A stretch of 64,000 nucleotides of DNA from Raillietiella orientalis (lineage: Eukaryota), in the NCBI GenBank assembly GCA_036172245.1, contig JAYWIR010000004.1, positions 5,456,001 to 5,520,000 on the forward strand, written 5' to 3'. Position 1 is the first letter of the stretch. Every line of letters begins with the position of its first letter. The position numbers and the translations under genes are program-made. The notes under the pieces were generated by a model. The model was not told the origin of the DNA. It made no database searches and saw nothing but the letters and a program-made list of their open reading frames with translations. Below, piece by piece: positions 51,601 through 64,000 of this stretch.

Positions 51601-54600
51601 TTCTAGTGAGTTGCGATATAAAGAATCGAAAGATTCCCATGAAACACTAGTGTTCGCATTGCGAAACAGGATTTCAGCAAAAAAAAAAAAAAAACACTGC
51701 ACTGCTGTTTCCTATGCTGCCGAGAGTTTGTAAAGATTGGGTTGTTGATTTGCGATCTCCCGTCGAAGTCCGTTTTGATAATTTTTCGCTATTCATTTCC
51801 TAAATCCCAATCAAGCATACGTACTTGCTTCCCGAATTAGGCTCTCGAAGCACATGCCAGCTTTTAGGTTATAAACGCATCGGGACAGAGAGAAATGAAA
51901 GAAAGAAAGAAAGGTTTACTTTCTCTTTCCGATTACCAATTGGATTGCCTGATTAATTCTTCCGGTACGGTAACGCAATGACAAGAGCAAAAAGAAAATA
52001 CGCGCTCACACTTAAAAAATAAAAAAAGAAAATCATAATTAGCCCATCACAAGGGGGAACGTCCAGATGGTCTGCAATCGATATAAATGTTAGCCGAAAG
52101 GTAAACAAGCGTTTCCCGAGTAACCAGCTTAACAGCTCGCGACGCCATTTCTAATTAGCCTATTGTTTGGCCTCGGTCAACACGGAAATCTGCGCTTCTT
52201 GTAACATTGCAAAAATTATGAAGCCATGTCTCTTCATTGCGCAAAAGCCAAACGAATTCAAATGCCGGAATTATGAGTTATGAGGGCTGTTGGAAGACAT
52301 TCGTCCAAAGACCTTTCATAAATTAACTCGTATAAAAGATTGATGATTTTTTAATCTGTCAGAAGATGCTCCGTGCATTCCTTGAGCAGGATGTAGTGGA
52401 AACAAGTGTTGGGTTACCGAAGCAAATGTGTTTTTTTTTTTGTTGTTGTTGTTGCTGCGAGCCATTGCTCCTGTTATTCGTATGCTTGACCTGTTATTTC
52501 AGTTCATACCTACATCATCGGCTAAACAGAAATGATTGAAATTCACCCAATTCATTTGACATCTCTGGAATTCAAATTGCTAAGATTGAAACTTCCTCTC
52601 CAGTGTTCCTAACGGATCCTGTTTAAAGAAGTTCATATACACTCATGTATAAGACCCTCGTTCCCCTTGATCAACGTGCCAGAGTGAAGAGATGAATAGC
52701 AACAACAGAAGGAGCGAGTTTTCATTTCGCAGTTTTCCGAATTCTCAAGGATCTCGAGAGCATTTTCATTTCCGCCTTACGCCAGGCTGTCCACAAGCTT
52801 CGAGAACACGTTCTGCAAAAAAGGTCTGCTCTCTTTGCAATGCGGAAAAATTCGGGTGTGGTGTGCTATTCGTGATCCCTCAAGAGTGAACGTGTTCAAG
52901 CATCCGATATTACTCTTGTAATGTGTACTCTAATCGTGCTTAAACGTGCATTTAAGCAACGGAAACGCTCCAGAGCATGTCAATAATCTCGCTCGTGGAA
53001 CAAACAGATTCTTTCTAAATTATTCAGCACAATTCTGTGGAATGGTGTTTTCCTTGTCATCTAGCTGGGCCCAGGGTTTGCAGAAACGTGTCTCCGAGGA
53101 AATACTTCACTTGCACGTCGACTTTTTCTAGTATTTCACAATGAAGACGACGTACGAGCAACGGCTGTAAACGCGCGCATATATATATACACACATACAC
53201 ACACATACACGTGCGCGCGTAGCCTGCGGATCGCCCGTTCATCACACGACATGTGACTTTCAATCGAACGCGACCTTTTAATCATGCTAAACTCTTTCAA
53301 CGTAGTGCGTGTATAATGTGGTATTTTACTTGATTAACTTGGTAAACAATTCAGCCTCTCTGCTCATTTGATCGACGCAAAGTTTTACGCACCACTAATA
53401 AGTTTATCATGTACGTCCCCATCTTTTGATCGAGACTGATGTGGTCGAACCATCAGTTTATTTAAGGACATGACGCTCTGTGCACGAAACTCTGTGACCT
53501 GGTAAGAAAGGAGGATCTTCCACGTGGTTGCCGCCACGAATAATCATTAGTGAGTGATTCTGAATTGTGTTTGCCGAGAAAATGACAGATTTTGTTTATT
53601 CACGTCCCGATTCATGAAGAACCACTCATAAAAGCTTACATGAAAAAGTGAAATTGAACCCCAACTGCCTGCTTCGAACGCTGCCCGACTATCGTCACGT
53701 CGGTGAGAACAACGTACATGATTTTAACTTGGGTTACGTGTGAATGGATAAAGGGGACCCAACAGCAGCAACTCTGAATGAAACTTGAATTACGACGAGT
53801 AGCGTATAAAACTATCAAGAGACGGAAAGCAGACTAAAGAATGGATGAACAATCATCATGCAGCACTTCAAATAAAATCGATGGCAGTTTGTCACATGAA
53901 TTACACTGCCAATATCCTTAGAATTATTTACGTACCAAACGAGCCCACGCTTCTCGTCATCATTACCCAGTAAAATTCCAATCAGCAGATTCTAAAGAGG
54001 ATGCTAAAAACCTACTTTTCGCCATTCATTCTTTGACGTTTTGTACCTCCTGAAAACCTAATTGAATGCATGCAAAGCATCGAGCTATAGGATCGTGAGG
54101 ATCCAAAAGTGGAAAAGAAAGACAATGCATCGCTCCCGAGTGAGAACAAAAAAAAAAAACATCACAGGAGCTGGCAGTTGATACGAAAACTGCTCATTTG
54201 AGATGGAGAAGCTACATATCACGTGACTGGAAGCAGTTCTTCTAAACAAAAAGATGTTTCTAGAATTCGAGAGAAAACTACTTCTGAAGACTCTCGTGTC
54301 CACGCAATTGAAATCCATTCTGATCTCTAAGCGAAAATGAAGGGCAGATGACGATTGAAGAAAATCTTCACTCGAAAATAAAGCACAAAAAAGGTAGCCT
54401 GTCACTGAAGAAAATGAGATAAGTCAAGTTCCCCAAGGGGAAATAAGGAGAAACATATATATTTAGGCATGTTCATAAGGAAATGGAAATTCAGAGTGCT
54501 CTGATTCTCTGATCAAAAAGAAACGAAGAAAAGAGATCAGCAGAATACCGCATCGACAAGATGCGAGCTTGGTTTATAGGAATACGTTGATCAACTTAGT

Positions 54601-57600
54601 TGTGTGCCAAGAGGAAAGCAAGCCCAAACGGTGGATAACTTGATTTGGAGCGAAAGCTTCCTTTCTGACGCGGTTTCTCTGCTTGTCTTCCAAGGTACAA
54701 GCGACCAAATCGACTGAATTGGAACGACTAAATCGACTTTCAAATTGAAACGGTTTATAACATTTATAAGACTGATTTGAGTCACTTCAAAGTTGCTAAC
54801 TTTGTGCGATAAGATGCTCAGTAACGGGAAGTCCATCTGACGTGAACCGTTTCGGGGTTTCGTCACATCTGAATCGGGAGTAAGATAACTTCTTACAACC
54901 AAGAAACATTTCTGTACATCATATTTACTGATGATCACGAAATTCGACCACATTCGATCACATTAATTCTACCGAAATACCTGATGTATGTAGAGATCAC
55001 TCAGCTTGGAGAAATGAAGAAAACTTTTCATCCGAAAAACGCAGATCGATTGCGATGCAGGAAAATTCTGCCCTGCGATTTTCAAAATGACCAGCTCCAT
55101 TAAGGAAAGCATGCATTCCTTGAAGCGGAATAATATTGTTCTCACAAGACATATTTTGTCTCTTGCGATCATCTCCAGAGAACCGGTAAGAGTCCAGGAG
55201 CTGCGTAAATGATAATTCTGGAAAATTGAAGGATAAAGCTATTGACGGGATCAACTGGAAATTACTTGCTCGCTTCTTAGTCGCCAATGCTTGCAATTAC
55301 TCGCGATGCATACTGGGTAGCCACTTTGCTTTCGGTTCCGATTCTCCATTTAGCGATAATATATTTGCTATCCTTAGCTGTGTGCGGGGCCTCTAACAAA
55401 CGTTTAAGCAGTCTCACTTGCCTTTCATTTTATTATTTTTCATCACAAAGAAGGTTCATTCAAAAAATGTCTCTTGAGTATACAGTGGGAGAATTAGAAA
55501 AGACGAGAACGTACCGAGATATATAGGGTAGGACAAAGGAGGGAATCTATATATATATATATATATATATACACCCTCCTCCTTATATATATATATATAA
55601 GAATAGCGTATTAACTAGCAAACTTCCACCAATAAAGGAGTAAATGAGTAAAACGATCATTCAGCAGTGAATGTGAAGGAAGGTGTCTCCACTGAACTGG
55701 AGTACGAAAATTCATCGAAATCTCGTGCAGATTCATCCTCATTTCCCCTCTTCTCCCTCTTTTTTTTCTTTGAAAAGAAGGATCACAATGTTCGCACCTG
55801 TGATTCCGAACAAAAATTTTTCTTCAGTAGTGTTTGGGAATTCTTGAGCACGTTCTGTGTCACTTTGAAATAAAACGCTTGCATTCAGTAGTCCATTGGA
55901 AAAGTTTTTAAACATCTTTCCCTCCACAGAAAGTTTGTCTTGCGCTCGTTAAATAACATAATAAGTGTTATGCGTTCAAGCTTCCAAAATGCCGGTTCGC
56001 CTTGTTTCTGCTTTTAGCGATTTTACCGTTCCATCGCCATCAAACTCTAGAAGAATAACTTTTTCCTTCTCTCCTGTCTTACTACTTTTCCCTTCTTCCG
56101 TTTAGCCTCGCTGCTACTAGTGGTAGCAGGAAATTACACCTCGACTGGTTCAAAAGATGGCACGAGATGAATATTAATTCTGATTCAGAAATCACCGAGT
56201 CAGATCACTGGCACAGAAAAGTGCGAAGTATGAACCGAATGAAAAAATGCCATAAGTTTGCCATCCACGTCAAAATGCAATTCTCGAAGCTGAAGGAATT
56301 TCAGTTTGGAATGGTTGTCCCGAATCCAATAAACGAAAAAGCTGAACTGAGATGCCCAAAGTGTTCAGACGTGATTGGAGAGCTGGCTTGTAAGAACACT
56401 GACAATATTGTGTGTCGCGTGGAATCTTTGTGAGACGGATTCGAGCCTGGCTTTCCATCTCTCCCAATAGCACAGAAAAACAGTGATTTTGTTCTCACCA
56501 TAAACGCAATGAAGTTCGAGAGGTTGAACATGTTTACAAATTATGCTGGCTGCATGAAGGCACTGCCATTTTCTTTTAAAATCATTATATAGAAATCCAA
56601 TTATATGAATTTCATGACAAGCGACAAAGTACTGTTTACAAAACAGAAATATAAAATTAAAGCAAAAAAAAAGTGCTAAAAAGTTGGAATGTAGATGATT
56701 TAAGTACAGTTGATTTAGAACATCGATGTTTGGACTACGTTGCTGCATTTGAAATTTTCTGTTCTGTCGAAATAAAATCAATTCTGTTCAAGGGTTCACA
56801 GGTAAAATTTACTTGAGACTGTTATTCGAACAAAATGATGCGCTTCATACTGTTCTAACCACAATTGAACTTGCAGACCTATCTCTAACTCGTGATAACA
56901 ACTTTCTTAATATGATGTTGATTTGTATAAATACATGGTTCGTTGTTCACAGAACTTATGGCGATCTATAATTTCTATGAAGTATGACAAATACATGCGC
57001 AATACCACATCCACCATTTGTTAAAAATGTTTGTGATCTTGTGAGAAACAAGTATTTGTGTTTTACATCAATCGAAAGAACGTGGAATGCACTTCATCGG
57101 ACTTGGCAAGCCACTGAATCAAAACAAAAAACAAATAATTCAGACGTTATTATCGACAGATTTGTTTGATTTTGTTATCGAAGAACTGCTATGGAGCACG
57201 CTTAGTGCATGTGCTCCGTGTTCAGTGTCGTACCAAAGCTTCAACCTAGTAAAAGCTTTGTGGAAGCTGAAAATGAAACGCTTTCTGCACTTACAGCCAG
57301 AATTGATGGGATTTCAAAGTCGACTTTCAAAGATTATTGGTGATCAAATGATAAATCAGACAACATACATTAAGCAGACGACCCTACTCACCATCGCAGC
57401 AACTTTGGGTACAATTAATTGCTTAGCGCTCTGATGTAACAAAACCTGAAATCCCACCAATATATTACCCAGTGTGCTTTGATCAGCGAGATTTTTCAGT
57501 AGTAAGCATCCTTTTCTCAAGTCGAACAAAGTCATTTACAAATATGTCCACATACAATTCTTTGTTCTATTCTCCATAACTCTACATGCGAACAGATCTT

Positions 57601-60600
57601 CAGCCCTCAAGTGCGATCTTTCGTTTGAAGATCAACACAAATAGAACCAAGGAATACATACAGAAGATTAAAATTGAAGGAATGAGAAAACTGTTGATGT
57701 TAGAGAAAATATAATCCAATTATCTCGTTCACTAAACCTCATTTGTCAGTTGACTAAGTCACTGCCCAAGCAACGACCAGTGACGGATACCATTTCGATG
57801 AGGAACCAAGGGGATTCTGATGTTATGTGGAAGTAGGCACTTTGCCCTTACCCAGAATCGTTTCGAGAATATTTTTCCTGCGTACTCACCGGGAGAGTCA
57901 AAATCAAGAATTTTGACATATTTTTCGATTCGACGATAGCTTAAAGTAAAGATTCTCCATCAGTGGCGTATTAACCACAGATAAGATTTCTCTAAGATTC
58001 TTCGGTCCCTTTCTAGAGCAGAATCATTGTCATCACGACGTTACAAAGATTCTAAGTTCTTGTCCGAGATCCCATTTGGACTTATTTGTTATTTTTTTGC
58101 CTTACTTCGGAACGAAATATCGGTAAGACTGCTGCTTTGTATGAACGATACAGGATAAAGTTGATGGATTGTGGGATATTTCTGCAACATTTGCAAAATG
58201 ATTCCTGGATCTGTCTGCGCAGCTAATGAAATCCGTGGGCATTCCATTCGTTGAATGCTGAACGCAGAAAAATGTTAGTCATCCACTGTAATTTACAGAT
58301 TTCGTGAAAATCTTTTGCGATTTTTGTGCCTGTGATCTTATTCAAGTACGACTTTTTATGCCCTTGCGAACGTTTTGGACTTGATATACGGCAATAAATG
58401 TCACAACATTAACATTTGACCAGACAACGCGCCAGATTGATTGCTTCTACACTGTAAGGATCATTCGGATAATAGTGTTCGTATCAAAATACAGGAAACA
58501 AGAAAAATGTGTATAACAACGGAACCATATGATATACAAAAATGGAAATCCTCCGAAACGATCAAAACATTTCCAGATATTTTCTCCTAAAACTGGGTGA
58601 AATAAAATTCAAAATCAAAAACTGCGCATATGTAAATTTAATACTTGCGCACATTGTATAATGTATTCATGTAAAATTCACATGCATGTGTAATTTCCTT
58701 TATTTCATGTTTTCGGTCAACCAGAATGAGGTTGCTTAGTATTATTGCATAATTATGAATATGGAGGAAAATACCGTCGTATGGACCGTCTTAAGCCCAT
58801 TTACCTTAGAAAATTTTTATAATGCTTGCCTAGATCTTGAACGATGCAGGAAAAATTACAGACAATTTGCACACAGGGCAAAAGAAGTGCACAACAAAGA
58901 AGAAATGCTCTCTTCCTTGCTTTGCAACAAATCCAGATGCAGGATGTCCTTTACACTTGCTGCTGCTTTGCAAGCGTGCCCAGTTGGATGACAATGACGC
59001 CCTTCAACGGCATTCCTGTCGGACTTAAGATTAAGGAATTGTCTGAAGGAGCACTGATTCTCGGATGAATACCTCGTGAACGGCAGGTCTAGCCGTGACT
59101 GGAAGATTTCTATTGCACAACCTGAGGGAACCTCCTCTGAGAATCGAGCAAAACAGTAGGAAGTCTTGCCCTCCATTTACTGCAGAAAAGACCTCATCCT
59201 GTCCGTGGAGATCATGGCGTTTCACACCGCCAATCAGGACTTCCCATCTGTAATTAAATGTTACAAGCACTGCAAGAACGCACAAGTAACTATGCAAACA
59301 TTGCATTTTGCTACCCTCATTCTATTACTGGGAGGTCTGGTAGTCAACATATTTATATTTCCCTACAGGCGTATACGTATGAAATGCATGCACATTTGTG
59401 CATACTTTCGGCACCATCACCCTAAACTCGAAATCCTTAATGAACATTTTTTTATTACCAGAGCTCTTAGAATTTGAACAAGGTTACATTACTCCTTTGC
59501 TATTCGTATTTATCTATTTAAATTTATTGCTGTCAGTTGCTAGTGATTTTCTACAAAAGTTTCAAACGCAATCCGTGATTTATTTTGAATAATGCGACTT
59601 CTAGAAGGACTGAGTGGAATGAAAACATCAAAGTTCTTGTAATAGGCACACATTGCAGTGTTTAATGTCCCGAGCGTTCTCATCCACTGCCAACGGAATT
59701 GCACGATGGAGCACTTCGTTTCAAGAACATTTCGTCGAGTAGATCTCCCCAAGCTTATCCTTACTCTGCCGTATACTCATAAATGGAGTGCAAATGAAAA
59801 CTTAAGGATTTGTTTTCGATCGTTGTGCCTGCTTTTTGAATAAAGAAAAAAAAACACGTTTTTTTCAAACATGTGGAGATGTAACTAAAATTACAGAAAA
59901 TAAATAAAAGCGAGTAGATTCAAGGGACCAAAGATTCTTAAATTAGCTGCAACTGAACAAGACAGCTTGATTCGATGCACTGATTGCAATTACAAAGGAA
60001 AAGTATGAAGCTTTGCACAGGGTTTCATAGGTAAAAAAGAAAAGAAAATAGACAGGAACAGAATTTATTTCCATAGACGTAATTTTTAAACACAGAGTAG
60101 CTAACCGTGTCGAAATTGGAAAACGATGCTCTACGGAGAGAAAACGAAGCGAAACTATCCCTTAGCTCTCTCTTAGCTCTGGCCAGATTATTTTGCAGAC
60201 GAGACTTACTAAATACAGCTAGTCATGGGTAGCTGCTTAGTATCAAATGAATGAATGAACCACCATGGGATATTATTATATCAGGCGCAACATTCAGTCC
60301 TGAAATTTCACGAGGAACGATAGAAACAAAACATCTGCAGCTTACTAGATTCGCCTAAGGAGAAATGCAAGCAAAATCCGGCCACGACAGTGCGAGTTGT
60401 TTTTTTTTTTTTGCACTGCGAGTTGTTTCTATTGCTCTCACTTCGAGAACATTCTGTTTCATAAATAAAAACGCATCAAGAGTGATACGAAAGTCTTAAA
60501 ACCAAAAAGCACTAGCCTGGTGAAGTTAAGGGATGCTAATAAAGGTATGATAATAAAGGGTGTCGTGAAAATTCCTTAGCATTTAAGAAATTACTAAGGT

Positions 60601-62522
60601 TGGTTAGTTTGTATGCCATGCCCGACAACGCAATAACACAAGCGAAATCACGAAGTGTTACTCAGTTTCAAACACAAAATATAAACGTGAATACAAGACA
60701 ATTTTTCCTATTCTGTAAACAAAAGGCACACTTCAAAAAAAAAAACGGAAACCCTAGAATCGCACGGCTTGCCAAGTAATTGATCTGAAAAGATGCTTTC
60801 GAGGCATGCAACTTTAACATACGATAAATTGAAATAGTGTTAACAGCAGTTTACTCGCACACAATTGGTAACACACCACGCAAAGGACACATTGTCATCC
60901 GGATGGAACATTGGTCGCAGGTATCCGTGAATCACATCATGACGAAATCAAATGATCTGTGAATCAGGCACCGTAAAGAAGCCCCCGCGTGATGGATGAT
61001 CCAGAAATCAGAATGGAAACACAACTTTACTACGCCACAAGCACTAACCCAATTAGCTCCGTACTTGGAAGTGCTACTCTACTCGTACAAGTGGTGTTTG
61101 CAATGGATATGGAAAACCCAAGCATCGAAAAACACAACCGAGCAGCTGTTTTTTGATGTTATAAGATAACCGAGCAGCAGCTATCTTATTACTGTCGTGA
61201 TCATCAGCTGAAACCACCTTAACGAAACACCACAAGAACAAGCAATGCGTGCTTTTCCCCTTATTTGTACCTCACGTAAGGTGGTGGGAAACAAATTGCT
61301 TGGGTTGACCACTGTTTACCTGCAATACGGTCTTCCTTCACTTTTCGATTTTCTAGTGTCTTGCCCCTCACTTTAATCCATATTCAATCAATACAATGAA
61401 ATACTGTGATAGTAATTTTAATGAACACTGATGAAAATTCAATAGAAAAAAAAAAAAAAAAACTGCTCTCTCAACAGTGCCATTTACGTTCATTCATTTC
61501 TGCGTGTTCCGCAAAAATGAGAAGTGCTAAGCTTTCCCAGTAAAACACTTACAGACAATTATTTCACAATATAACAGATCACAGGATTGTGCTTAGGAAT
61601 TAAGCATTTTACACAAAGTACAATAAACAAATGATCACTTTTGTTTTGTTTCTTGCAGGCTTTCCCACAGCTTACGCTAAGCACAGTGAAAACGGTTGGT
61701 AGAAACTTACTTTTCTCTTAGAATAATCATCTTATTGTCTCCCCTCCTCCCGTCCCTCATAATTTATATGTCCCAAATAAAGCGATTAAGACGATTCACT
61801 GGAGCTAAATGCTGGAAACGCTACTGATGTTTTCAAGTAAGTTTCCAGATGAAATCTTCCTATTAATGCGCTATCGTATGCTTTTCCAAAACGCCGTCTT
61901 TCTTTCTTTTCTTTTTACCAAAGTACTTTTTTATTTTCACAATACTTTCCCTTTTTCCTATCTCCAGCCAATCCATTTGTTCCTGGAATAGGTAATTTTT
62001 CAATGTTTGCAGAAATACTTTTCCAGAAATGGGAGGTTCTATTGATGGGCTCGCATTTGGAAAAATTCGCTGCAATTGCCAGATTACCATAGATTTTAAG
62101 TGCCTCTTTAGAAGCTTTATAATACAAAAACAAATGTCTTCACTGCTATGTACAAATGCGAGTTAGCAAATCACCAAAAAAAAATAAAAATACAGATACA
62201 CAAAATCTGTAATATAATTCAAAGTGTACTTTGATCACGAAATCACGACTGCTTGAGTCTGTAATGCGATGGGAGATGTTATGACAGAAAAGTCTTACTT
62301 TTCCCGAAATATTTTATAAAAGTACACTCCACAGCTCAGCACAAGAATCCATCGCACCAGTAAACATCTTCAAGATGGAACACATCAACAGGAAGCATTC
62401 CACATTACCCGACTGAAAGTCAAGTAATCTAGAAACCAAAGCAGCATCAAAGAAGAAACACCGAAGCCATTTACAAAGAACAGTGATCAGGATCCGCAGG
62501 TTCCTTATTTTTCCATATATTT

Positions 62523-62866
62523 CAGAGGTTCCCAAACCACGGCCCGCGGGCAACTTATGGCCCGTCTGCTTTCAGAAAGTGGCCCGCGAAGCCTCAATAT
62601 GTAATATAATATATTTTAATAATTACACAAATTTATTGACGTTCAAGTAAATAAATATTATTTTAACGAAAGTTGCAGCAATGCGCGATGTACAGTATTC
62701 CAGAGTTTAGCATCTAAAATTCTAAATTATGGTTGCTGAAAGTTAAGAATGATATTGCACGACTTTCATAACTTTATAAACATTGATAATTTTACAACCT
62801 TGTGACCCGCTTAATTACAGAAAATAGTAGATATGGCCCTCTACTTGAAAAGCTTGGGAACCACTG
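62523..62866. mobile_element. Non-autonomous hAT (Charlie-type) MITE, 344 bp
   Basis: TIRs CAGAGGTTCCCAAAC and GCTTGGGAACCACTG, subterminal GGCCCG motifs, AT-rich core, and 8-bp TSD ATATATTT/ATCTATTT (7/8). Confidence 0.85.
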
Positions 62867-64000
62867 ATCTATTTGGACCAAAGTGTACTTCCTTTAAAGC
62901 ACTGCTCAAAAACGAAACGCGGTCCTGAACGATCCATATTTTCTATACTCTTGCTTTGCCGATTGCCAGAATGAGCCCACACAGACTAAAAGTGCAGTAC
63001 CATTGTCCTACGAAGTTTCTTTCCACTGGATGTACATCCTACTTGTTCATGCCCACGAAAAGAAAAAGGAACGGCAAACTCATGGTCTGTTTCAAACTTC
63101 AGTGTAGGCATTATGCTACTGCAAAAGTAATGCCACAAAGTAACGTGAAAAACATGATTAACAATCTGCAGGTAAAACTCCTCAAAAGGTTTCTTTTGTA
63201 CCAAGATGTTGGCAATGAGAGTTGATAAACAGTAAAAATATGAATTTGAAATCCATGCTTACAAGTGCTTAGTAATTTCCTCAAATTTCAATCATGACTT
63301 ACGAACATTTTCATCTGCAAATAATAAGGCTCACAGATAGAAACACCCTGCTAATTAAAATGAACACAATTCTTCCACTCCATCCAAATCATATAGAGTT
63401 ATCCACTCTAAGAACGCAAACGCAATACCTACATGAATTCATGTTTCCAAAATATAAGCTGTAATGTTGCTTATGTTTTGGAACTTGCAGAAAATCGTGA
63501 AATTTTTACGTGATGAGGCACAACTGGGGCATACGTGCCTTTTGGGGCCTTTTTGTTAAATAGGCAATGCTCAAATCAAATGTGGTGCACCCGTGATAGA
63601 TGGAAGCACTTGATTAACATGGAATAGCTCGTTTAAGTGGGATTTTCCAAGGGTCGCTGTCTATGGAATCGAATGCTTTCCCGCACGTTAGAAAGAATTT
63701 TATGGGATCCAAATAAGCCACGATTGCGAGCACAGAGAGCAACTAACGTTTTTGATAAATGACTCATTTATTCGAACCCAACTCTCTACTGCGATGAAAA
63801 TTAGAAATGAAATATGCAAGTAAGCACGAAATCACACCAGTCCTTGTCTTGGGGATAGCCAGCGTCCAAGGAGCGTTTCGCGAGGATGTTGCTGCTAACA
63901 CCCACACATAGTAGCACCGCACATACTCATCCTATGATGTAGGTGCAATTTTTGGAAGGCTCCTTTACTTTAAAAGGAGTCAGGTACTGCCCAATTGTCA

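Noticed and set aside
55520..55600. AAGGAGGG-(TA)n-CCCTCC inverted arrangement
   Set aside because: Short simple-sequence hairpin with no evidence of function.
56167..56480. ORF with AELRCPKCSDVIGE, faintly like the DUSP12/RNF180 zinc-binding region
   Set aside because: Only one CxxC, and other ligands are missing or frameshifted. A blastx would be needed; not supportable by eye.

Overview
Eukaryotic (metazoan, most likely arthropod) genomic DNA. No prokaryotic operon or CRISPR array is visible. The window has three compositional blocks, judged by eye. (1) An AT-rich, CpG-poor block (~1-9.5 kb) carries a compact CCT5 chaperonin gene (+) and a convergent POC5-like centriolar gene (-), both with very short introns. 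The two longer CCT5 introns each hold a box H/ACA snoRNA whose guide pockets match conserved 18S rRNA pseudouridine sites. (2) A ~38 kb GC- and CpG-rich gene desert (~13-51 kb) contains one Mnx/HB9 (exex) homeobox gene, many decayed L1/Tx1-like LINE relics, a hAT MITE, and a ~430 bp pseudogenised Wolbachia-like coxA-3'/ctaB fragment that looks like a horizontal transfer. (3) An AT-rich block (~51-64 kb) has no recognisable gene and one hAT MITE. Most long ORFs in the GC-rich block are compositional artefacts. Family and rRNA-target assignments rest on recalled motifs and sequences, not on database searches.
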